64,000 nucleotides of DNA, from positions 3,472,001-3,536,000 of the forward strand of contig JBHGNT010000015.1 of NCBI GenBank assembly GCA_043228905.1. The letters are read 5' to 3'. The DNA is from Azolla caroliniana (lineage: Eukaryota; Plantae; Polypodiophyta). This document shows positions 10,341 to 21,033 of the stretch, piece by piece. The notes under the pieces were generated by a model. The model ran no database searches and was not told where the DNA came from. It saw only the letters and a program-made list of their open reading frames with translations. Made by a program: the position numbers and the translations under genes. Each line of letters opens with the position of its first letter. The first letter of the stretch is position 1.

Positions 10341-12176
10341 GACTTTGCACGCACCGACTCGGGAGACTCCGGCATCCGGCCTGAGAGCCCGTGTGAGATC
10401 GAGAGTGACAGACGGTAGCGGCAGCAAAGACGGCAACTAAGACAACGCGGCTACGGACTGTGGCCAAGCGGGCCGATGTCGTGAAGAAAACCGTCCACAA
10501 GCGGAATCGGTGCACCGGAGCGTAGGAACCGGCTCTTCGTGCACATGCGCCTTATGTTGTACATAGAATCTCCTAGGCTGGTAGATTCAGTAGGTAGATA
10601 AACGGCTCCTTGCTTGGCTATAAAAGGAGGGAGACGAGGAGGGGCAAAAGGATCGCGGAGAGTCGAGGACGAAGTGTTGTCGGTTTGCGTGCGAAGGCTT
10701 CTCTCTCTCTCTCTGGTTCGCAGACTCCATAGCTTCCTTCTGTGCAGGTTTCGGGAGGCTCGCGCTGCTCTGAGGAATGCCCGAGTGCTTCCGGCAGCAC
10801 CTCCAACCTGCTCCTGTCTTTCTGTGCGTTTATGAACAGGCATCGGCATCTGTTCTCCGGCCTGTTCGGTTGTAACCGACTTCGTGGTTTTGTTGTCTTC
10901 GTGTTCTTGTTGTTTGTCTTCGTTAATACATACATACATTCGTGTCTTTCTGTGTCGCTGTCCCACTTGCGTCTTTGTGTCGAAGGGCCGTGTCCCTGTG
11001 GATCTACGCTCGCACATAGAGGGTCTCTTCTCCTTCCTCTCTTGCTCTTTGGTACAGGACCCCCGAGGTTCCGCCTCATTCCACGCATCCGCGAGGAAAA
11101 CCTCGACACCGTTACGGGCGCTCCTTGAGCGGAGGACCCCGGGCTTATGGCGGATAGCGGAGCGTGCATTCGGCCAAGTGAAGGGCCAGCAACGAAGCAC
11201 GCATATTACGGGACCGCGGCAGACGACCTGTCGATGGGTCAAACAAGCCTACGAGGAGGCAAGCGCGAGGAAGAACCGGAGCCGACGGTTCAAACCCGGC
11301 AGCAATCGACGCGGCAAACCGGGATGCGGACGCGAAAGACCGGTTTCTCACCGGCAGGAATCCTTCTCCCTTCTCCGGAATTGGTACGTACCGGTGGACG
11401 TGCAGTTTGGTGGGTGCGGATGTCATGCAGTTTCCGACACATAGTGAGAAATCGGGAGATATTGGAGGGATCGGCGAGGTGCAACGTGTGCACTCATCCT
11501 TGTAAAATCGTGTGAATAGTAGGATTCAAGTCGGCACAGAGAATCCCATGAAAGTTGGGATTTATCCCACATTGTAACACATCCCTCTCCTTGTTCTATA
11601 AAAGGAAGGGATGGTCCATTTTGAGTTAGAAGGGTATACCACGTAGGTCTCGGGTTTGGTAGTTTTCTGGGTCTTCATCTTATTCTTAGTCTTAGCGGTT
11701 TCTACTTTGGTCTTCACCCTATTCTGCTTTAGGGTTTCGTCTTGGTTTTCTTCTGTTTCTTCTTCCCTTTCGTGTTTGTTTAGGGTTTGCTTCTGCCCGG
11801 TTTCCTATGCAAGACCCCGCTCGGCGCGACAAGCCCGTGAGCTCCCCGATCGGCGGCCTGGCAACAGACTGCTGTTGTAACCTACCTTGGTCCGGCCCGA
11901 AGCCGGGGTTGTATCTTTTCCTGTAATATATATATATTCGTGTTTGTTGTGCATATCGGTGTATTTGGTGGAGTCGGTAGCAGATTCCCCCCTTGTTTCC
12001 TGTGTATAAGAGTAGGTGTAGCGCGCATGCTCTCTCTCTTCTCTCTCTCTCTCTCTCTCTCGTGTTCGATTGCTTCCAGGACGCGTCATGAATTGTCTTC
12101 TCGGCATCCCTTCCTCTCTTGTCCGAGACCCCCGTGGTCCTGCTGGTTCTACACACACGCGTGTAATAACATGACA
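10341..12176 (+). mobile_element. 3' part of non-autonomous gypsy A' (E-like 3' region, PPT, 3' LTR 11421-12176)
   Basis: 11220-11420 aligns with 35390-35579. The LTR has TGTCATG...CATGACA ends and shares core blocks with the E LTRs. It is followed by CCGT inside copia B gag. Confidence 0.8.
10477..11108 (+). repeat. Solo LTR of the J family
   Basis: TGTCGTGAAGAAAACCG...CGACA, homologous to the reverse complement of 51686-52326. Flanks CCGA/CCGT; no PBS or PPT. Confidence 0.8.
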
Positions 12177-12845
12177 CCGTGCTAGTACGGCAGTCCACAT
12201 CGCGCCGAATCATGGTGCAAGGCCGCCGAGGCATATTTGCACCATCTCATCATCGTCCACATTGACGCTTATTGAGCCGAGCGAGTCGCAAAGCTCCTTC
12301 ATCTTCAAGGTGTAGCTTGTAATGGACATATCCCGTTGTTGAATGTTATTCAACTCTTGGCGGAGTTGAAGCTTTCTCGCAATCGTGTTGGCGTCGAAAA
12401 TCTTTCGTAGATTCTCCCACGCTTCCTTCAGCTTCTCGAATGTAGCCGAGCATGTGGTTGTGAACAAATGTTGCCAAGCAATACATCACTCCGCTTGCCG
12501 CTTGCGTCCCCATTGCATAGTCGGCGTCTTCCGGCTTGGGTCGGTTTTCTTGTACTCCCTTGATGTAACCCCAATAGCCTTGGCCGACAAGGTATTGGTG
12601 CATCTTGTACTCCCAAGATGCAAAGTTGTTTCGGTCCAACTTCTCACTAGGGAGAGTGCTCCCCATTTGAGTATTCATTGTCGATTAACCTTCCTTTCTT
12701 CTTTTCCTTCTCTCTCGAACACGAGCTATGTAGTGGTACTACGATAGCGATGAGCTGGTTCTTCTTGAACGTCGGCGTAGAGCACAACACACGATCACGA
12801 TGAGGTGAGTGGGCTAGATCGAGCTGCCAAATCGCGCTAATACCA
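12177..12845 (-). pseudogene. gag: Copia B: PBS and 5' gag fragment (downstream unit of the tandem)
   Basis: MGSTLPSEKLDRNNFASWEYKMHQYL and RKLQLRQEL. Degenerate Met-i PBS TGGTATTAGCGC at 12834-12845. Confidence 0.85.
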
Positions 12846-13310
12846 TGTAAAGAATCAATGGTGATTCTTGTGCAACGGAATAGATGTGTGTTATGTGCAT
12901 ATATGTGTGAGAGAAGAAGAGTGGAGAGAAAAGAGAACTCAAGATAGATAAATGATAGGAAAATAGAATACTCAAGAAGAAGGTGTATATTTCACAAGTA
13001 GAATGAGATTTACAAAATGTGGCATAACAAGGAGTCACAACCAACTTAGTATGAAGTATGAGGAGGGTGCTTTATATAGAGTCACCCTCTGTCTTCATTA
13101 ACTTTACAACAACCACTCTCTCTCTTGGGGAATGTGAAGACTCATAGTCATGGGGAATATGTAACTCATTAGTTATGTGTCATAGAATATGATTCTATGA
13201 CACATAGTTAATGTGTAGCGAGTAGTGGTGTGACTCTTGACCTTTGAGTAATCATAGATTCTCAAAAGGTGTGTTCCCACGTTGTGTTATGTTAAGCTTG
13301 ATTCTCAACA
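12846..13310 (-). repeat. Copia LTR shared by tandem units C and B (465 bp)
   Basis: Matches 59102-59563. PPT on one side (13311-13322) and PBS on the other. Confidence 0.92.
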
Positions 13311-13359
13311 CGCCCCCTCAAGCTCAACTCGGGTTGGTTCCTTTCGGTGGATGTCTGCT

Positions 13360-16300
13360 TCAGCTCGTATCCGGTTCGGACAATCTCCAGTGTCCGCTTT
13401 GGCTCGTACCCGGTTCAAACGGTATCCGGTTCAATCCAAGGTCTGACATGAATTGCCGAAGCTTGTCGGCTCCTACGGCCTTCGTGAAGATCTCGGTCGT
13501 TTGAAGATTTGTATTGATGTGTTGAAGGTCGATATCTCTGCCTTGAACATGCTCCCGAATGAAGTGATAGTGCACTTCGATATGCTTCGTGCGTGCGTGT
13601 AACACCGGGTTCCAAGCCAGATAAATACTGCTCATGTTGTCGCAGTAAAGGGGAGTCAGATCCTTGATGGGAACACCCAGATCCTTCAAAATCCTCTTGA
13701 GCCATACGGCTTCACATGCAGCTACGGCTGCGCCCCTGTATTCCTCCTCTATACTCAAAAGAGCGACGGTAAGCTGCTTCTTGCTACTCCATGAAATCGC
13801 TCTGTTGCCGAGGGAGAAGAGAAATCCGAAGGTCGATCGTCGATCGGCTTTGTAGCCATCCCAATCCACGTATGTGTACCCTTCGAGTTGTATTGGTGTG
13901 GCCGATGGGTAGAGAACGCCGTTGTCGTGACGTGGCTCACCTAGAAGCGTAGCGTTGCGCACACAAAGGATAACGTGAAAGTGAGGAAGGAATCACTGGG
14001 ATTATGGACGGAAGAGACGAAAGAGTAGAGATGGAGTGAATAGAGATCAATAAGATATGACAAAATAGGATTTTTAAGGAATTTAAGATAAGACAAGATA
14101 AGATATAAAATAATATATGAGAAAGTGTATGAAATTTATAATCATTTTCATGAAAGAGTTACAAAATGATTGTACACGTCGTTGAACCTCCGAACTTTGT
14201 CTTGCAAGGTAATCGCTCTTCTCTTTCTTGATCGTAGACCACTACAATCTTCACTTCAATATTTTGATGAAGATAAGGCTCGAACCGCCTCCCTCTTGTT
14301 GAGAGTTGACCACCACGACCGCCAAGCTAGAGCTCCACCTTTATGTTAAACTTCTTCCCTTCTTTATCTATTTTTGTGGTATCTCTTATGTAATACATAA
14401 TTTGATTGATATCTCATACATCTTTTTCTTTGATCTTCTTTTTCACCATTTAAATAGGTGCCCCCATGCATATGATGCATTAGAGGGTACAAGTCATGCA
14501 TGTAGTGCATGAAATGCATGTGATGCATGATCGCCATTTGGCGTTCATGCATTACATGTGATGCATGATAAACATCTCACTCATTTGAGCTTTTATGTAT
14601 GAAACAATATATGCAATAAGAATAAACATGAAAATATAATCTTAAAGAGAAAGGGCCTAGCCTAATGGTAGGTGTGTTGACTTTGGTGTATGAGGTTGTG
14701 GGTTCTAATCTCAAAATACTATTGAATACATCATACAACTTTATTTTTATATCATGAAGCAAATCCTTTATGTAATATAAAGTATATATAAAGTATACTT
14801 TATTTTATGTATATTACTAGTATAGAGTAAATGGTAAGATTTGAGAGTCATAGGGTGGGGTTATTGGTTCAAGTCCTCTCTTGTTCATGTAATATAATAT
14901 ATTTATCTATATATATATATTATTTTTCTTTACATATATATAATATTATCATATGTGTTGTTAATATTATCTTTATATATAAAACATTACCAAATGTTAT
15001 TTTAGTTACGTATTTATCTTATTGTAGACTTTTTAATGTGAAGCTTTCATACTTCACGACATCGTAATCCATTGTGCCGCTCACATATCGTAATACTCGC
15101 TTAACACAATCCAAGTGAGTGTCGCGTGGTTTTCTCATCAATTGGCTGAGGAGTCCGACTGGATAGCTAAGGTCAGGTCGAGTGATCGTGAGGTAGATGA
15201 GGCTCCCGATCAGTTGACGATATTGAGTCGGATCGCACTCATTCGTGCCGGAGTCAGCATCTAGTTTGAGGTTTCTATCGAGAGGCGTAGCGATCGATTT
15301 GCACTCCGTCATCCCGAACTTGTATAACAGGTTGAGAATGTAGTGCCGTTGAGAAATCATAATGCCGGCCGAAATCCGAATTACTTCGATGCCAAGGAAG
15401 TAATGGAGCTCCTTCATGTCCGTCATCTCGAATTTTCCAGAGAGGAGGGACTTGACCTTGTTGATGTCGACTAGACTTTCACCTCCAATAACCAGATCAT
15501 CCACGTATAGGATGATGACAATTAAGCTTCTAGAGTTGTGTCGTACGTACAGGGAGTTGTCGGATTTTGACATTCGAAAGCCGATTTGATGAAGATAGTG
15601 CGTAATCTTCGAATGCCAAGCAGGAGGTGCTTGCTTAACGTCGTAGAGTGGCTTCTTGAGTTGGCATACGGCTTTTGGATGAATGCGCGATTCGAAGTTG
15701 GGTGGTTGTACCATGTAGACCTCCTCATCTAATTCGCCTTGGAGAAAGGCGTTCTTGACGTCCATTTGGTGGAGGTGCCACCCTTTTGCCACTGCAAGTG
15801 CGATCACGGTCCGCACCGTCGTCATCTTTGCCACCGGGTCAAAGGTCTCTTCATAGTCGATGCCATGCATCTGAGCATATCCTTTCGCTATGAGTCGAGC
15901 TTTGTAGCGGTTTACGGAGCCATTAGCGTTATACTTCACCTTGTAGATCCATCTACAACCGATTGCCTTCTTGTGCGGTGAGTGGGGAACGAGATCCCAT
16001 GTCTCGTTCTTGCGTAATGCACACATCTCCTCGTTCATTGCTTTGATCCATCGCGGGTCCTTCGCGGCTTCGGAAAAGGTTTCCGGCTCCCGTACTGTTG
16101 CTACCTTCATCATAAAGGCGTAATGGTACGCCATATAATCGTTGTAGCTAAATCGGCTTACAGGGTTCTTTTCATGGGTGGATCGGCAGAGCTTCTCGTT
16201 TGCGGATACTACGGCGTTCTCCACTCCATTTGTCTGGATCTCAAGGCCTTCGAACTCACTATCGAGGGAGTGCGTTGATTCGTTGTCGTCGAAGTGATCG

Positions 16301-18634
16301 TCTTCATACTCCGGCATTTTCACCTTCCCTTTGTCCATCTTCAGACTCGGCCAAAATGTGCTTTGATCACTGGGTAGCTCTTGTGGCCCACTAAGCCTTG
16401 TCGTAATTGGGCTTTCTTCGAACATGCGCGTGAGTCGATCTTCGGATTCTATCTCTATTTCGGCGGAATCCAGGTAGAGTGGAATCGAAGTTGAAGTTGT
16501 CTCTGGTGCGTACTAGGATCCGGACTCGTCGAAAACGACGTTTCAACTTACGCGAGATTTTTGAATTGAGGGGTTGTAGCACTTGTACCCCTTTTGCTCC
16601 AGTGAGTATCCTAAGAGGACACATTTCTCCGACTTCGGGTCGAGCTTTTGACACTTCTCGTCGAAGATGTGCGCGTACACAATGGAGCCGAATATCTAAA
16701 CCTGCAATAGGTCCTACTTCTTTCCGAAGAACTTCTCGTGCGGAGTAAGTTCGTGTACAACCGATGTCGTACACCGATTCATGAGATAGACAGTCGTGTT
16801 AGCTGCTTCTGCCCAATACGATTTCGGCATGTGCTTTTCATTAAGCATAGCCCGTGCCACTTTGAGGATGTGCCGATTCTTGCGTTCGGCCACTCCGTTT
16901 TGTTGCAGCGTATGTCGACATGAAAACTCTCGTCGTATTCCTTCTTTCCGTAGAAACGCCGAAAATTCGTCGAAGAAGTACTCCTTGCCTTCATCCAACC
17001 GAAGACATCGTACATGTCGACCCGTGGCTTTCTCGACTTCATTCTTGAATTTTTGGAAGTGTCCGAAAACTTTGCTCTTTTGCCGCATCGGGTAGATCCA
17101 AGTGTGTCTAGAGAAGTCGTCGATTAAGGTCACATAGTATTGGCGTCCGCCGAATGTCGCCATCTGAGCCGGACCCCATACATCGGAATGAATTACGTCG
17201 AGTATGCCTTTGCTCACATTCCGCTCCTTCGGAAATGGGTGCCGATCTTGCTTGCCGAATTGGCAAGCAGCACACACACCTTCAATCTCTTTCTCTGTGA
17301 GTGTCGGGAGCCCAATGACGACTTCTTTCGATTGCATTGCCTTGAGCTTTTGCAGATTTATATGACCAATCCGCTTGTGCCATAACTCTATGTCGAAATC
17401 GGCTTTCATGCCAATCGCGAACATGGCTGATTTCATCTCGTGTGAGTCGAGAATGAACATTCGGCCCTCTCTTCGTCTGTGAGCGATGAGTCGGTCCTCT
17501 TTTTCGATAAAGCAACCGCTTTGATTAAATCGTACTTGCATTCCTTGCTCTACAATTTGGCCAATGGAGACCAAATTCTTCGTGATAGTTGGTACATGCA
17601 AGACATTTTTAATATAAGTTGCTTACCTTCTTTTCTGAACAGAACATTGCTGATGTGCCGAATCGTTTGCGTACTATCGTCTCCGGTTTCGACATAGCCG
17701 GGTCGGTCCGGCTCTCGAAGTTCTCGGAACCATTCTTGATGCGACGTCATATGGTTCAAGGCACCGGAATCGACGAACCATACGTCTTCCGGACCGAAGG
17801 CACTAGTAGAAGTAGAGGCCGACATAGAATTTGCTCAATATCTCATCACGAACATTCCGCCGCGATCATCATAGTCAGAGTTGATGGCGTAGTTGGTGAG
17901 TTGTCGGCTAGTGGAAGCCGACTCGCGTATCTTCTTACGGCATTCTTCTTCGTGGTGACCGATTTTTCCTCAATATCCGCATTCAACCGAGCTCTGTCAG
18001 TTCGGACCGGAATGGAAGCTCTCCCTTCTTCCGAAGGTTCCTCGATGGCTTCCGTCTTGATGCCGAAATTGCGAGTTTTTTTCGTAAATCGGGCCTTGTC
18101 TACCTCGTCCGCCACGTCCTTGTCCGAATCGGCTTCTTCTTGCATGACAACGTCCTCTTCTTCCGTCCGAATGCGTGTAGAGCATTTGGCCTACCGAGGC
18201 GTTGTTCCTTGTTCGAACATGATTCTCTTTAACCAACAACATGGATTGAAGATCGAAGAAGGAGGGTGGATTCTCCCGTGCTAGTATGGCGGTTCGCATC
18301 GCGCCACATCATGGTGCAAGGCCGCCGAGGCATATTTGCACCATCTCATCATCGTCCACATTGACGCTTATCGAGCCGAGCGACTCGCCAAGCTCCTTGA
18401 TCTTCAAGGTGTAGCTTGTAATGGACATATCCCGTTGCTGAATGTTATTCAACTCTTGGTGGAGTTGAAGCTTTCTCGCAGTCGTGTTGGCGGCAAAAAT
18501 CTTTCGTAGATTCTCCCATGCTTCCTTCGGCATCTCGGCTTCTCGAATGTAGCCGAAGATGTGGTCATGAACACATGTCGCCAAGCAATACATCACTCGA
18601 CTTGCCGCTTGCTCCCACATTGCATAGTTGGCAT
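13360..18634 (-). pseudogene. pol: Copia C gag-pol (gag, PR, INT, RT, RH), frameshifted and interrupted by a solo LTR
   Basis: Motifs WFVDSGA, WHKRIGH, HSDVWGP, QNGVAERKNR, QMDVKNAFL, LYVDDL and RTKHIEVHYHF. Confidence 0.92.
13923..15061 (-). repeat. Solo LTR (1139 bp, AT-rich) inserted in copia C RT/RH
   Basis: TGTCGTGA...TCACGACA termini and 4-bp flanks CCGT/TCGT. Removing it restores the reading DYGVL. Orientation is inferred by analogy to the D LTR. Confidence 0.85.
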
Positions 18635-19290
18635 TGTCGTGGAGAAAACCATCCCTAGGAGGGAACGAGAGAAACCGTGCACGAACTGGCCCTTCCGTGT
18701 GTGGGCATGTGAATTGATAACTTGTACATAATTATGTGTACGGCGGCTGATGTAAATATACTAGGTGGGACACATTTATTAGGAAATCGATGCGTATCTC
18801 TGTCCGAAGGGACAGAGAATAAAGTAATGTGACTGTGAGTGAAGGAGAAGGAACCCCCCCCTCCCCCCCCCCAAATGACCTATATAAGGAAGAAGAGAAG
18901 GAAGAACAGGGCATCGTGCTTTTAGTGAGGACGAAGTGTTGCCGGACTGTGTACCGAGCTCTCTCTCTCCTCCTTCGGTTGTCATTCTCTGCGGGTTGTG
19001 GGAGATCGCCACCTCTGCTTCTTGGACAACCCGTGCGCTTCCATCAGAGGCTCTCCCTTTGCGTTTCTGTGTTTGGCGTGTCACGCCTCTGTGTGTGTGT
19101 GGGTGGACTCCCGTGTTGGGTACGTTGCCGGTGTGCCAGTTGTAATCGTTTTGGTGTTATAATCGAATTGTTCCTTTTTCTCTCTCTCTCTTTCACTGTG
19201 TTCAGCAAACGCTCTCTCTCTCTCACGCTCCTTGGTTCAGGGCCCACGCGGTCCCATCTCTTTCACCTGCGAAAACGTAGTAACACGACA
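18635..19290 (+). repeat. 5' LTR of F
   Basis: TGTCGTG...CACGACA, TATA-like CTATATAAG near 18880, followed by the PBS. Confidence 0.92.
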
Positions 19291-19294
19291 TAGT

Positions 19295-19312
19295 TGGTGA
19301 ACCCGACGTGAA
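19295..19312 (+). promoter_or_regulatory. PBS complementary to plant tRNA-Trp
   Basis: TGGTGAACCCGACGTGAA is the complement of the tRNA-Trp 3' end UUCACGUCGGGUUCACCA. The same site occurs at 32504-32521(-) and 50038-50055(-), with a variant at 24965. Confidence 0.85.
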
Positions 19313-19334
19313 GGAGGTGGTAAAGGAGTTTAAG

Positions 19335-20409
19335 ATGAGGGGATCCGAGCTTGCTGAAGCTATGGCTGTAGCCGTTGACCGACTAGTGAGCGCTCGTGAG
19401 GGAACAGGTACCCTCGACAGAGCCATAGAATCGATCGTCGGCACCACAGGCCGATTTGGTGGTAAGGATGCCACGAGCTATTTGGAGGCCTATCGGGTCG
19501 AGATGATCATGAGAGACATCCCTGAAGACAGGCGGCTATCCGGATTCCCTTGAGTGGTGATGCCGAGCATCCATGCAGAGGTGCTCGAGGTGTTGGCCAG
19601 ATGCCAAACGTGGGAGGTTTTCAGGGAGCGGCTCCTCAGAAGGTATGGGTTCGACGACTCACTTCGACTGTCGAAGCGGGACTTCATGACATGGGTCGAA
19701 AGCCCTGGGAAGGGGAGGAGTACATTGGCGCTCCTCCGGGAATTCAAAACGCGGTTCGCGCGGTTGTCGGCATTGGACCGAACCGTGCTCGATACGAGCC
19801 AGGTACTTCTGTTCGTCAAAGGAGTTGACGCATTGGACAGGGAAAAGGTAGGTCTCTTGTTGGAGACCGACGAAGGGCTCACGACTGACTGGGCTGTGGT
19901 CAAAGGAGTCTACAGCCGTTTCGACAAGCGGCGGCAGTGGAGTGATGAAGGGTCGTCGACAACGAGACCCATCCCAGCAAGGCAGTTCGAGGAGCCTTCG
20001 CCGGCACGAAAGGAAGAAACACAAAACTAGCTTCAAACGGGCTCGGCGTCAAGCGGCGTGGTCAAAGGTGCCTCCGGAGGAGCGGCGCTGGAGGAGTTGA
20101 CGCAAATGGTGCGCGACCTCCAGATCGCGCAAGCACGGCGGGATAGCGGTGACCAACCTCGCGACCAAAGACCACCGGCAGGTCAACGATGCATATGGTG
20201 CGACGTAGTCAGCCATGCCCAGAGAGACTGCGCGGATTTCGCAAATGTGCTCAGAACCAACATGGTGTACCTCTGGAATGGGCAGGTGCACGCCAGCGAG
20301 ACTCGAAGAGCCCTAGAATTGAATACCGAGCGTAGCGGAATGAAGAGGCTGATGGAAGAGGCCGCCGGGTGTCACGTTGATGCCGTGAATTACGCGGCGT
20401 CGGCAGGAA
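19335..20409 (+). pseudogene. gag: F gag, N-terminal half with stops
   Basis: GRFGGKDATSYL, PSIHAEVL and a CIWCDVVSHAQRDC knuckle. Confidence 0.85.
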
Positions 20410-21033
20410 CACGGGGGTCTTGAACCGAGGAGAGAGAGAGAGAGAGAGAGATTTGTAGATACAGGAGCGAGAAGGAGAGATATAGAACGTAACACTTGAT
20501 TTCAATAACAAGGATTACAATAACAAGAGAATACGACTCTGACGGTTACAACCGACAAGGCGGCGATGGACCCGCCCCGGGGATCCTACTCACACTCACA
20601 GAGAACACTCGCTCGACTCCTAGAAACAAAACAAAGGGGGAGAGACTCTGCTGGAAGCACACGGGTTGACCACGAAGCAGAGGCAGCGAGCTCCCGACCC
20701 ACAGAGACCGACAGCCGGAGGAGAAGAGAGAGCTCGGCCCTTAAATGTGCAACAACACTTCGTCCTCCCTAGCGCGTGATCCCTGTTCCTTCCTTCTCTC
20801 CCTCCTTAAATAGTTCCCCAAAAGGGGTGCCCCTTTTCCTCAGCCAAACTGCTTTATTCCCTGTCCCTGTCGAGAGAGATACGCACAAAATCCCCTAATA
20901 AATGTGCACTACCTAGTATTTACACCAGTCGCCCTAATTACGAATTATGTATAATATATCAATCCTTGCGTCCACCCGTGTAAGAGCCGGTTCATACACC
21001 TTTTTCTTCGATTCCGCCTATGGCCGGTTTTCT

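Noticed and set aside
10451-11515. ORFs of 120-260 aa over the solo LTR
   Set aside because: They span LTR and microsatellite sequence and show no domains. They are GC-rich shadow ORFs, like most short ORFs in the track.
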